Source of the DNA: Paramecium tetraurelia
Taxonomy: Eukaryota
Length of the DNA stretch: 64,000 bases
Direction: 5' to 3'
NCBI GenBank assembly: GCA_000165425.1
Contig: CT868052.1
Coordinates: 62,001 to 126,000, forward strand
Shown here one piece after another: positions 11,344 to 23,614 of this stretch (the first letter of the stretch is position 1; every line of letters begins with the position of its first letter). Position numbers and translations under genes: made by a program. The notes under the pieces are model-generated. The model searched no databases. It worked only from the letters and a program-made list of their open reading frames with translations, and was not told where the DNA came from.

Positions 11344-13720
11344 ATGCTACACGACTTATTATTTTCGTTGTTAGGTAAACCAGGTTCATTTGTCAAATAA
11401 TTTGATAACTCACCCTTCTACATTGATGAATCTTTGAATCTTTTTTCAAAACCTGAAATAGTTTAATTGAATCAAATTGTGAATTTGGGATATCATTATT
11501 AGCAAATAGACAATTTCTTGTAAAATCAAGAAGAGAAAAGCAGCTACATTAAAGTAAAACCATAAATAAATATGCTAGGCTTTGGTGTTTGGAATTGACA
11601 ACAGTTTGAATGATTATAGATAAACAATATTGACTTTGGAATAAGAGTATCTGAATGAAAAAATGTTCATAGTATCCTAACTAAATGTGAGACTATAAGC
11701 ATATTATTAAATTCTATTGAATTTGCATACATCCATCAACATAATACAGTAACACAATATGCGCGGGGGATAAATACTAGATTACCTTTATGAAAGAACA
11801 CTCACAGGAAATGACAAACTCTAACTAATTTATCAAAACATTCTGTCAGCCTGTTACGAAGTGTTATTTTAATAATTGTCCTCTTGGTTGTAGTATGGTT
11901 AAATTTTAGACACTTCAGATGAATTTTTTATTTAAAGAATTGACGAGAAAAAGAAAACTGATTAGCATGAATACAATTGGGATACTTCATTTACATTAAA
12001 TATATAGATGTTACCATTACATTTTATCACTTTACAGATGGCCGATAAAATATTATTCATAGGAAAGGCGGTGAAAGTCTTGAAAGGACAATAAGAGTTA
12101 TTCATTAATGAGCATTAACAATTGATAAGAGAAATTGAAGTTTATGATTCCTTTACCTTTAACCGAATCATTGACTAATTGCAAAAATAAGTGGGTGAAT
12201 AATTGGTTTAAGTGATTGTCGATAAACAAGAATTGTTTATTCATTTGAAAAACTTTTATTTATTTATACTCCTTAATAATGGCAATTTTATTCAGCAATT
12301 CTTATCCGATTGCTAATCAATCCTCCAACTACCTTAGACATAACAAGCCTTATAAGAGCTAAACTTCAATCTTCACAAGATGGATTATGATTAGACAGAG
12401 AAAATGGATATGTTTATTTACAATAATGGATTCGAATACAAGACCTTCCAATCCTTAAATAATTTATAGATTAAAAATAATGTTATTTAGACAATCAATA
12501 TATTGAGAATGGGACCTGCTCGAGGTCCTGAAGATTGGAGTGGAGTTTTTAGAGATGTCAAACAATCAATTGAAAATGGATTTACATTGCAAATTGTTTT
12601 TAAATTCAAATAATAATTATCAAAACCATTGGGAGGATATTCAATTTTATAGGTTCCATAGGATTTGAGTACAAGTTTAGTACTGTTATTTTGTCAAGAT
12701 GAAGAAAATGGAGTGTTCATTAGATTGAAATTGGATCAATAGAAAGTTTCTTCTTTATCAGTTGAATCAAAAATTAAATTTAAAGAAGAAATTATTTACA
12801 AATGGAAATTGGACAAAATAGATTTTTCAGAAGGAGATTTGCATAGTTTAAAAATTAATTATTAAAATGATGAATTATCATTAATTATAGATGATACTTA
12901 GAGTGATACATAGTGTAAAACTGACATATTGCCTCCTTCTTAATGGAAAAAAGTGGCTTTTAAATTTTAAAAATATTTTCAATTGGAATTAGGACGATGT
13001 ATGGTAGGAATTAAACAATATGGTTAAATAGTGGATTTATATACATGGAAGATGATAGGAAGCAACTTTTTGAATGATGCTTCTTGGAGTGGTCTTACGT
13101 TGAAGTATTAAGTAGACTATCCATTATCTCTGCTTATCACACCTTCATTATAAGAGAAATTCTAATTATTCTTTAGATATTTATTCCCTATTCGACATGC
13201 TTAATTTGAATTGCAATAGGTGTGGATTAAACTCACAAAAAAATTCAAAAAAAAGGATTGCAAATATATATTGGGAATGCATACCTAATTGATGCATGTT
13301 GTCAATGCTTTTTATCATTACTTTTAGATGGATATCATTGCTGTTTAGTGGTCTAAAATGATATCAAGGATGCAAAATGAAATTAACTTTGAATTGATGA
13401 GAAAAATAATGGATGAATTTGAGTAATCTGTTTCTAATTAATTATTTTTGAATTTGCAATAGATTGTCAAGAACATTTTTCAAATAATCAAATTTGTACA
13501 CAAATACATTGAGTTAGTCAATAGAATTGAATTGTAGCATCACTCATTAATAAATAAAGAATGTTACAAACTAATGGTAGAATTTGATACTTAATTTATT
13601 GCTCTATTCAATCTGATCTAGTTGTTGACCAAAAGTACTAATTAAACTGCTCTATTTCAATTGCTAACAAGGCTTGATTATAATTCCTATTTTGATAATA
13701 AAACCAATGAAAAATTCTGA
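11344..13720 (+). CDS. TUBGCP4: Gamma-tubulin complex component 4 (Spc97/Spc98 GRIP family) with a large internal insertion
   Basis: N-terminus MLHDLLFSLLGKPGSF. Also LRGGQILDYL, ADKILFIGKAVKVL, WSGLTLKYQVDYPLSLLITP and C-terminal QLLTRLDYNSYF. One intron near 11555. Confidence 0.9.
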
Positions 13721-13763
13721 AGCTTCACATAATTTATATATATGTATATTAAAAATAATTAAA

Positions 13764-14230
13764 ATGATTCGTCTCACACACAGTAAATCAGTGGCATGCT
13801 TTTCCGGAGCCTTGTGGGGACCTATACATGAAAGGCCTATCGTCGACAGAGTTATGTCAACATCTTAATGGCCAGTGCCATACTATCAAAGAATTTTCAA
13901 AGCCTATCCAGTTAGATGTACACATTAGATTAAATTAAGAAAATAAATAAACTTGGGCAATGAATTTAGCTGGAGCCGAGATTCACGATATTAATTGGTA
14001 TTGTGCTAAGCAAGCTTTGAGTAGAACTCTTAAGGGAAGATAAGCTGTTGAATATGTCGAAAACAATATCCCAACATAAAGTAAAGTGATTAAAATTTAA
14101 AATAGGTTATATTGTCATTCAAAAAGATGTATCTAGAATGGCAAAAGCATATGTAAGTGATTTAAGTCTTTTCCTTAGTGTGGCTAATAAAGAAAGCAAA
14201 GTCATTTTGGACTCAGTCGAATTGATTTGA
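13764..14230 (+). CDS. Small protein (~140 aa), possibly mitochondrial
   Basis: MIRLTHSKSVACFSGALWGPIHERP...WPVPYYQRIFKAYPVR...ILDSVELI-TGA, with 2 canonical tiny introns. The N-terminus resembles a targeting peptide. Confidence 0.8.
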
Positions 14231-14292
14231 GGAATAGTCAAATAATCAAATATTTATAATTATGCATCAATTTGCAATGTTATCTCAGTAAT

Positions 14293-16699
14293 TCAAAAAT
14301 TTCTATGAGGAAATAATATTTCTCTTTACAATATTCCACTATTATCCGCTTTATTATTCCTCTCTTAACTAAAAAGGCCAAAATTCTCTGAGGATTCATC
14401 GTCAAACTCCTTTTTCAGTTAAGATCTTGATTTGCTCTGTCTCATCTATTTTACTTTTCTTCTAAGAATGTATTTGATTCTGTGACTCAGTTTTTATTCC
14501 ACGAGATCGAAATCTATAAATTAAGAAACCTCAAAAATATCTCGTATTTCCTTCCCTAACTTTTCAATCAGTATTTCATTCATTCTCCCTAATTCCTTTT
14601 GAGGATCATTCACTTTATCATACGCCTAACTCAATAATATCTATTTACCTTGTAGAGCTTTTGATACGCTTTGATAGATATAGGAAGGTTTGCCTTTTTA
14701 GCCTCCGAGAATTGTTTCATAGCCAACTAAGCAACTTGGCCAACCGACATAGAGGAATTCGAATTTTCTGTCAATTTTTATCTAATAATTAAACGAATTA
14801 AGTTACGTATAGACTTCGACTCTACTAGGTAGCTTTTTCTGTTCGTTTAGAGCAATTGTCTGTTTGGGGGCAAAATTAAATAGAATTTACTAATTTTTAT
14901 CTAATATTAAGTCTTTTAATAGATTGATTTCCTTAACCTTTTCCAAGATTACATAGATATCAATATCAGAATTAATCCTATCTCTATTAATTAAATAAGT
15001 TAATTTACACTGCCTTCATGAGAAGTATAGACGTTTTGTCTTTAAAACATCTCCCTCCTGTTATTTGATGGCACAGGAACTTGAAAGTAAATTGAATGGG
15101 TTGTGCTCTTGTAAGAACTTAAGATATTTGGGATGTCAAGTATTCTTTCCGACTCTTAAAACCAAGTTTTGATACAATTTCTTCTTATTACCTTTGAAAT
15201 TCTGATTTGATTTCTGATGACGTATTTTTAATCATTTGCTTTTAATTTGTCGTATTATGGGGAGTCTCTTCATTCATGACTTGTATTCGAATCTCGTCAT
15301 CTTGTAAAGGTTGAGTGAGAGATTTTTTATTAATGGGCAGATTTGAATCTTGTAGCTCCAACAGTTTAGGCGTTTGTGTCTTTTTCTTGATCTAGGTGAT
15401 TTTCTTAACCAAGTCATCATTCCGAATCTTTTAAGAATTTTTACTATTATCAAAATTGAAGTCATAAACCTTGTTTGCTAGTTCTATTAGATCTGTTAAA
15501 TATTGAGAAATAAATATTTACATTGTTATCTGTTGTAGAATGCAACAAAGAAGCCTAAAAATACGACAACTATATTCACAAATCCTCCTAAGTATGACAA
15601 TAGGTCATCTACTTTTTAAAATTATCTTGTGATATATTTTGTGTAAGGACTTCTTCGAAAATACAAAGCTATATATTATTTATCTGTTGCTGATCCTAGA
15701 GTGGTTATATCTCTAAAATCTGCTGGTTCTTTCATAAATACATTTTCAACTTGTTCATCATCAAATACTGGAACTAAACTTTAATCAGTGTTTATTTGGT
15801 ATTTTTTAAAAAATATATCTGATTAACGAGACAATTTAAAAGGAACAAATTAAAAATAGACTTCGTCATCCAGATAGCCTTAAATGTAATCGGTTGGTTT
15901 CGATGGATTCACTACTGTATTGGTCATGTATCTAGATGAAAAACAATCGAAATACATTCTTATTCTGTAAGAACCTTCACTTGATATCCATTTGTCCATT
16001 ACATCTTTGGATGCACAATTTGGGTGCCAAGTAAGGTTGGCATTTTTCGAAGTATCGTTTTTACAATCGGATATTTCAATTTTGGCAAAATCCAAATACT
16101 CACTCGAATATCTTCCACCAACTGTTATCGAGTAATTAAGACTATATAATATATGGTGGAATTACTCTGGACAGAGCCAAGTGGACAATCCTAATTGATT
16201 GTATTGATCTGTGAAATTAAGATCATATTTATCGAATATTTTTTGAAATCTATCTAGGGTACATGGAATCAGGTTAGTAAGATTTTCGTATTTAATTGTT
16301 GTTCCATTACTCAATCTCACATATGTTCTTAATTTGTTAAATGAATTTACCTTGCTTTTATTGTAATGTTAAAAAATGGATTTGTATTGAAAGGTGTACT
16401 TTATTCGATTGCAACAGCAAACATAAAATTATCTGAGGTAAATTTGATCCTATCAGGATTTTCTTCGAATACTATTTAAGTATCTGCAGCGATATTAGTC
16501 TTTCCTAAGAAATCTATGATGTTTGATTAAAAAAATATCGCAACGATGGCCACAATCAAACAAGATAAAAAACCTCCTCCACCTGTTTTGTATTGATCTT
16601 CTCCATTTAAATTCAAGGAAATATTTTATCCGAACAGATCAATTTGTCTAAAAACTAATTATTCATCGGATAAATACATTATTGGGACTTTGCTAGCAT
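14293..16699 (-). CDS. Ciliate two-TM membrane protein family (large extracellular loop; DEG/ENaC-like topology)
   Basis: IDLFGQNISLNLNGEDQYKTGGGGFLSCLIVAIVAIFF (TM1), KVDDLLSYLGGFVNIVVVFLGFFVAFYN (TM2), and LDIYVILEKVKEINLLKDLILDKNQQILFNFAPK tail motif. Confidence 0.8.
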
Positions 16700-16959
16700 T
16701 GTTGATTTTTAATAAATATTAATTACTACAGTAATTTCATATAATAATTCTCTAAATTTAAGGTATCATACATAATAATTTCATGTTTCTCACTTAAGTC
16801 AACCTATTTTCCAATAAGAATTTTAGAAAGAACAAATATCAATTATAAATAATGTGAGTTAAGTTAAAGTTTATTAAATGGAATAAATGTTAATAAATTT
16901 CCAATGTTTAAATCTCTATTTTCTTTGATAATATCAAAAATTAATTATATATATAATTA

Positions 16960-17087
16960 AAACCATCAAAATTCTGAGTTACTTAGTGACTTTCTTAACA
17001 TCTATTGGAATCGTACACAATTCCTATAGATTTGTAACAATCACTCCCTTTGGCGAGATGCTGAGGATGAAATGGCTATTTGAACAT
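16960..17087 (-). ncRNA. Candidate structured RNA or gene relic (long hairpin followed by an Sm-site-like AAUUUUG)
   Basis: Imperfect 60-nt hairpin at 16985-17045 in a GC-richer intergenic island. Confidence 0.2.
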
Positions 17088-17170
17088 TTATAATTTAATA
17101 AATAAGAAATAATTAGATTTAGAATAAGTTTGAGCGCCTTAATTTAAAAGCATATATATAAACTAATTAT

Positions 17171-17615
17171 TCATTAATTCTAACTACAATGTAAGCAAGA
17201 AACAAAATCTCCATTATGTAGATATATTTTAATGCAACAAAATGAACAACAGTACTACCCACAATAATAACATGAATATATGCATCTCTGACATGCCAAT
17301 CGAGAACATTCGACACATATTGTATTTGCATTCAATGGTTTAGTATCACAATTCTTGCAAACTAAATTGGTTTCTTCTTCAGTCTCCATAACCTATTCAT
17401 TCTACTTCTGTTTTTTGTAAACTTGATCATTATTTATAAGAAATACAATAACTAATGAATTCTTGTTTCGAAACACTTTTTTTTGTTATTGGGACAGTCT
17501 AATCTAGTCGCTAGTCAGATATCTTCATTAATGATAGTTCCTTAGCCAAATCATTGTTTATTTCCTTAAAAACTTCTTGTCTCACTTCATAGTAGTATGG
17601 ACTTTGGCGGAACAT
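17171..17615 (-). CDS. Siva-like Cys-rich zinc-finger protein
   Basis: C-terminal CKNC..CVEC..CQRC..CYYC..CSFC..CLHC (six CxxC pairs), spaced as in metazoan SIVA1. One intron. Confidence 0.7.
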
Positions 17616-17653
17616 TTTTACTGCAATTTTTAATAATAAATAAAATTTATTGA

Positions 17654-18486
17654 ATGAATAAGTCTCCTAACAATGGTTTTAAGACACCAGATAAATCAGG
17701 ATCCAAACTATCCTAATACAATGGGAAATGTGTATGCTAGATTTGTACATGTGGAAAAGACAAATGTCCTCCCCAACAATTGCATGTGAATCCATCACAT
17801 TTCGATACCACAAATCGGAAGTCCTATGTAAAGTGGGATGTTAAGAAAACTGCCCCCATCGTCCCTGAATAATATAGAATCAATTATGGAACCCAATCGT
17901 TTGTTTCATCCTATTAAAGAGATTATACTCCATAAAAGACTCCAGAAAGACAAACCAGAATAACCCAAGAAACAACAATACCCTATCACAGACCCTTCGT
18001 CTCCTCAACAGAATATAATCAAAGGTACTAACCATATCAAACATTACCAATATCACTTAAACCTAAGTATTATTATTAAGAAAACCCAAATAAAATTTAA
18101 GCTAGTACTACATATAGCGAAAATTTTAGAGCACAGCCAATATCAAATCAACATTAAATTAAATAACACGACACTTCCTTCACCCCTACTAAAATTTAAT
18201 TTAATTCTAATTCGAAATATTAAGAAGATTATACAGCCTAAAAAGGAAACAGACCAGCTCCAATTAAACATAATAATTAATCTCCTTTTGGAGGAGTCAA
18301 CATGGAAAAGCTATCTTCCTACCAAAAAGATTACTAGCGACTAGATGACAGTACTTATAAAAAGCCTGAATGTCCAATTAGAATGCTTCCAGTTCCAGAT
18401 AGGTAAAATACATATTTACAATTCATAGAAATAAGAGTCCAAATAAACATTTAATGTTTAGTGCTTAGAAAAATGATTGGGAATGA
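17654..18486 (+). CDS. SAXO/STOP-domain microtubule-stabilising protein (FAM154-like)
   Basis: CVCQICTCGKDKCP N-terminal motif, then Mn-type repeats TTNRKSY, SSYQRDY, TEYNQRY, TTYSENF, SKYQEDY, SSYQKDY. One intron. Confidence 0.85.
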
Positions 18487-19124
18487 TCTAATTAATGATA
18501 ATTATATCAAAGAACTTATTCATTTTGGTTCTGTTCAAATTGAGATCTCTTCTCAAGTAATCATTTTAAATATTGTCTTCATTATTATTATTATGTTTAT
18601 TTCCAATAATTGCCAAAGAATTAAACAAATATTAATATTATTTAAATGTAAATTTCACTTTTAATCATTTATTGAAATTCTTAAACTATTCTAATTTTCT
18701 AACTTAATTTGTTACTACAAGAAATTAACTTTATTATATTAATTTATATATAAATCTAGATATTAAGAATAATTGTAAAAGAATAAATGGTTACTTGCTA
18801 TTATTAAAAACAGAGGTGATTAAAAAGATTATATTATTCATAGTTTAATAAATAAAATAATTGAAATAATAACTTCTTCTTAATCAAAACTATTTTCTTA
18901 TTTCTTATACTAAAAATTCTTAATTTGATAATTTTAAAGCAGAATTATTATAAAGAGTTGTATCTCTTAGCTATTTTTCTTTAAAATTGACATATTAAAA
19001 GCTTCTTTAGAATTCAATCTAAATATTTAAAATATTTCTAAGAATTTTTTCATTATTATGAGCATTTTAAATAATTTAATTAAATATGTTAAAGGATATC
19101 GATATTATAAAAAACTAATTAAAA

Positions 19125-21033
19125 TCATAATGAAATTTGGACACCATATTTTTTAAGTTCATCCATTTTTTTCTTCGCTTTAGATGCTATTATAGAATTT
19201 TAGTTCATATAATATAATCTTAGTTATGTTTCAGGATGTTATTTCAAAAACACTAAAATGTGATCAAGTGATTTTTCTGTTAATAAATTTTACTGAAGAT
19301 GCAAAGTATGAATTCTAGATTTTATGATAAATTTACTTAGATTCTGCTAAATTTAGGATTAATTTATGGAATAAATCATCAACTATTAAACATTTGCTTA
19401 ATTTCAACACCTTTATATTTTGAGTTCCTTTTAAATATTCTCCTAGAATCTAAATAATTTAATCATTAAAATCTGAATTATAAAATATAATATACCTATT
19501 TAACTTAAATCTATTATTTCATTTTTGTCTTAATGAATTACAGTTAGTGTTTGAGATAGTTTTTCATTCATTTTTTAATTATTAGTAAATTTTTTAGGCT
19601 ATTTTTAATTGCTATTTTAGATAGTATTGCTAAATTTGGATTACTTTTATACTAATATTTAGGAAGTCTCAAGGAGTTCACAATTTGACAAAGTGGCACT
19701 TCTCTCCTTTTATTTAGAGAATTAAGATTAGACAGAATTGAAGTTTATCTATTTCGCTACATCATATGCAGGTGATGTTGGTTAAGTAGGATATTAAGAT
19801 GGTGAAAAAACTCCTGAATTCCTTTTAAGTTTACCAACATCTATTTTCAATGGTTTTTTTTCTATGACTTTAATTGCTTCTTCGGTAATTTATCTTTCTG
19901 GCACTAGGAAATCCGATTAATCATTTGATTAACTTTTATCAGAAAGATTAGATGGCAAAAGGAGCACAGTATCTTACTTGTTAGTTTCATATTTATTAGT
20001 ATTGAGTCCCATTAATTGGGAAATATAATTTGAGATTACTTATATAGGAACTTAAATCTGATGAGATTTCTAAGTTGAATCAATTGATGTCGTAATCGAT
20101 TCTTTGATTAAGTTAAATTGTTTCAATATAGTTTACCCAGAGTTTATTATAATTTAGTCGAATTTCCTAAATTTCAACTATTATGACTCCTCTACCAATT
20201 GACTTAACTGATAGCTAGCTTGATTAAGCCATTAGTCTGCTTCAATTTGTAGAAGTGAAAATTCATCATCTATTTTATTAAGGATAATCTCTTATGAATT
20301 CTCATATGCTTAATTTATTTTATAAAGAGTCTGCATCTTGATCTCATCTATTTATTTGTTTAAATCACTGAAGTATAAATCAATCTTTGACTTTATGCAA
20401 CATAATTGTTAATGAAACCCTAATGATAACAATTATTCAAGTTATTCTTTATTATTTCTTTCATTTTGAATCTATTTATATAAACAGGATATCTCATTGA
20501 CAGTCAGTTCTATTTATTTCAAGAACTAGTCGATAGGTAGATAATTATGGAATTTATGAGGACCAAATAAAGCACAATTAACACAAATGCATTAACCATC
20601 TTCCTGACATATAAGTTCCAATTCTTTCTAATGCAATTAGCATATTGATGTCTTTGGGGGAGCTTCTGTAGGTGTGAATTATGAGGTAGATTTTTCAGAA
20701 AAATGCTCTGCCATTTCTTTAGTAGAATTTTAAGAATGTTCATCATCAGGAGTTTGATATGTTGCTAAAGTCTTTGCTGACGATTAACGCTTTTTAAGCA
20801 TGGTGAGAATACTTTAATTTTAGGGGAAGCATTTTTGATCTCTATGAACATTACATTCAATTCTTGAATAATTTGCATAGATACCCATCCTCTTTGCATT
20901 TTAATTATTGACCACCACATATATATTATTCAACACATTTATAGCAAACTGAATGACCACAGCTTGGCAAGACATATGGAGAATTATTTGCCGAATTGAA
21001 TTCTGTCTAGCATTAGCAACACTAAAATTCCAT
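19125..21033 (-). CDS. RING finger + B-box + coiled-coil (TRIM-like) protein with C-terminal LRR-like module
   Basis: CCQC..PYVLPSCGHSVCYKC..CKED (RING); CQLHQKELELICQEDGQCICVNCALFGPHKFH (B-box); IKVLKLSKC..IHTLHLQQNLLTEK (LRR). Confidence 0.85.
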
Positions 21034-21073
21034 TAATTATTTATATTATTTTTAATGTACTGTGATTAAATTT

Positions 21074-21567
21074 TCATCTATAACTCTTTTGTCTTCTGGC
21101 TCTGGCACCCTTACCACCATACTTTCTTGGTTCGCATCTTCTTGGATCAGCAACTAAGAGAGTTCTATCATATTGTAATAAAAGATCTTTGATTTCTCTC
21201 TTTTAGGTTTCATCTACATATTTTTAATAGTATGCCACGATGCCTTTGCTAATTGCCTATACAATATATAATTGCCATTCTACCTATCTGATAGCATAAA
21301 TTTATGCAGTGCTTCCACCACCTCTGACAGTGACTCTGATGTCTAATCTGCCTGTTCTGACTTAACCAAGAAGCAAAAGTGGTTCAAGAGCCTTTTGTCT
21401 CAAGGGAGCTGGGTTCACTAATTCAATTGGAGCACCATTCACTCTAACCAAACCTTGGATTAAATGTATCGAGTACCCTTTCCTTCTCTCACACTTGCAC
21501 TGGCAACAGCATTCTTCTTTCTACCAAAAGATTGAACCAATTTTGATTTTGTTTGAGGAGTTGACAT
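21074..21567 (-). CDS. RPS16: 40S ribosomal protein S16 (uS9)
   Basis: [12 protein letters not shown]...[24 protein letters not shown]...[31 protein letters not shown]. 2 introns. Confidence 0.98.
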
Positions 21568-21617
21568 ATCCAATAATTAAATAATTTAATTTAATCAATT
21601 TTTTATATTAACTGCCA

Positions 21618-21782
21618 ATGCAACACAAATTGGATAAGATCGATTACTATAATAAGCTAGCAGCCATAGCTATTGTCTAATGCAAAAAGAATGACAAGAA
21701 AACTCAATAGGCCGAATTAAAACTGTTAAAGAAATAATATTATCGAACTATCGAGAAAAGACTCTTAGAATAATATACTTGA
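21618..21782 (+). CDS. Putative 54-aa basic micro-protein
   Basis: Intronless ATG..TGA frame MQHKLDKIDYYNKLAAIAIVQCKKNDKKTQQAELKLLKKQYYRTIEKRLLEQYT, filling the gap between RPS16 and CFAP53. Confidence 0.5.
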
Positions 21783-21797
21783 ATTGATTATAATATT

Positions 21798-23376
21798 TCA
21801 ATAAGGTCTTTATTTTCTAAGTTCATCTAGCAATGCACGCCCTTTAGCTTTTTCCATTTCTATTTTTTTATCATATTCCTCCTTTTGTCTTCGAAGATCT
21901 TCCTCCTCTTGTTGTTTTTTATCCCTTAACAATTGCTGTCTTTGCTTCTTCTCATCCATTTGATTTAGCAAATTATGCTTTGTTTACATTATTTTCTTCA
22001 ATTAATTTGATATAATACTTCTTATTCTATTCTTTACTTTTCCTCTAATTCTTTTTAATATAAATCCAACTATCGTAATAATTCCACCTTATCTTACTGC
22101 TTAATATTTTTTTCATCTTATATTATTTACTTCTTCAACTCTACATTTTCTGCTCGCTAAGCATAAACCTCATACATTAATTTAACTCTAGCATCCTAAA
22201 ATTATTTGTAAGATTACATCTTCAGCCTTCCATTTAGCCTCTTTATTTTCCCATTAACGAGTATTCTCCTCATTGATCAATCTTTCCTTCAGTTAATCAT
22301 TTACGCTATATTCATTTGTTCTGTTTTTAAAATTAAGTAAAAATTATCTAGTTTCTTCTTTTTATCTGAGTTTTTCAGCCTATTCCATTCTAGCAATAGC
22401 TTCCTCTCTCTCTAAGACTTGCTAGATCATTTCTTTATCTTGTTTCCTCTCTTCTTACTTTATTTATTTTTTATATTCTTTTTATTATTCATTATTTAAC
22501 GCAATTTCTTAATTGATTTCCTTTTTATAATTCAAATATTAATGCTCTCTTTATTTATGTCTCTCCTCTTCTCTCTTCCATTCTTCCCTCTAAAATGTTA
22601 AAATCTAATTATCTTACAAGCATCTGTTTCTCTTGTTCAATTTCTTCCTTGATTCTTTAAAACTTATTAACATTCATTGAAGCCTGAATACCTAAAACTT
22701 TGTTTCTTTCATCCACTTTGGCCTTCTATTAAATCTCTTTTTCCTTTTCCAACCTTTCCTTCTTTATAATTTCCCTTCTGTATAATTCAGCATAAATCAT
22801 TTCCTCTAGTTTCAGATAGTAAATGTATGATACCTTCATATTAATCTTCTAACATTTTCTATTTTTCCATCATTTACATGTTTCTGTAGGCAACAGCTTG
22901 TTATTCATTAAATTGCTAGTTTACCAATCTGAGTTCATCTGCATTATCTCTAAATCTTCGTTCATATGCTGCTTCTGCCTACTTAGATCTCTCAATTTCC
23001 TTTCTTTGTTTCAATTCAGCAACTTCTTTCATCATTCTCTCCTTAACCTATTCTGGAGTCTCAACCATGGCTTTGATTTCTTGTTGATATTAGTCATGTT
23101 CAGCATTTAACAAAGCAGCCAATTTTTCTTTCCTTTAATTTTTGTGTGCTTCAGCCTCAGCTCTAATCTATTGCAGTCTTTTTATAGAATATTTGCAAAC
23201 CTATTCTTAGTGTATTACGTATTGGCAATATCCTTTCCCTTATTTTCCCAAGCCGCAAAGGTTTTCTCATGATGCTCCTATCTTAACTTAGTGCTCAACT
23301 TGCCCACTTATTATTCTTGTTGTCTGCGTTAATAGATTAGTTGCTCAGAACGGTTACGAGTGGAACTTTATATCAT
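21798..23376 (-). CDS. CFAP53: Cilia- and flagella-associated protein 53 (CCDC11; TPH coiled-coil family)
   Basis: RKEKLAALLNAEHDQYQQEIKAMVETPEQVKERM...RRFRDNADELR...EEEMIYAELY resembles CFAP53. Several introns. Confidence 0.75.
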
Positions 23377-23614
23377 ATTTAAATTAATAATAATTATAAT
23401 GAAAATAACCTCTTCCCTCTTTTTGGAACTAATCCTCAAAAATATCAGCAACTCTCAATATACCATACCCCTTATATCTTGTACACTTACTTTCTTTATG
23501 TACTTTCAATCTTAAGGGAATAGAAACACACTATTTAATTATTTAATGTAAAAAAACAATAATTAAATTTAATTAAATAATTTATGTGTTTAAAAATTAA
23601 ACTAAATAGATTAA

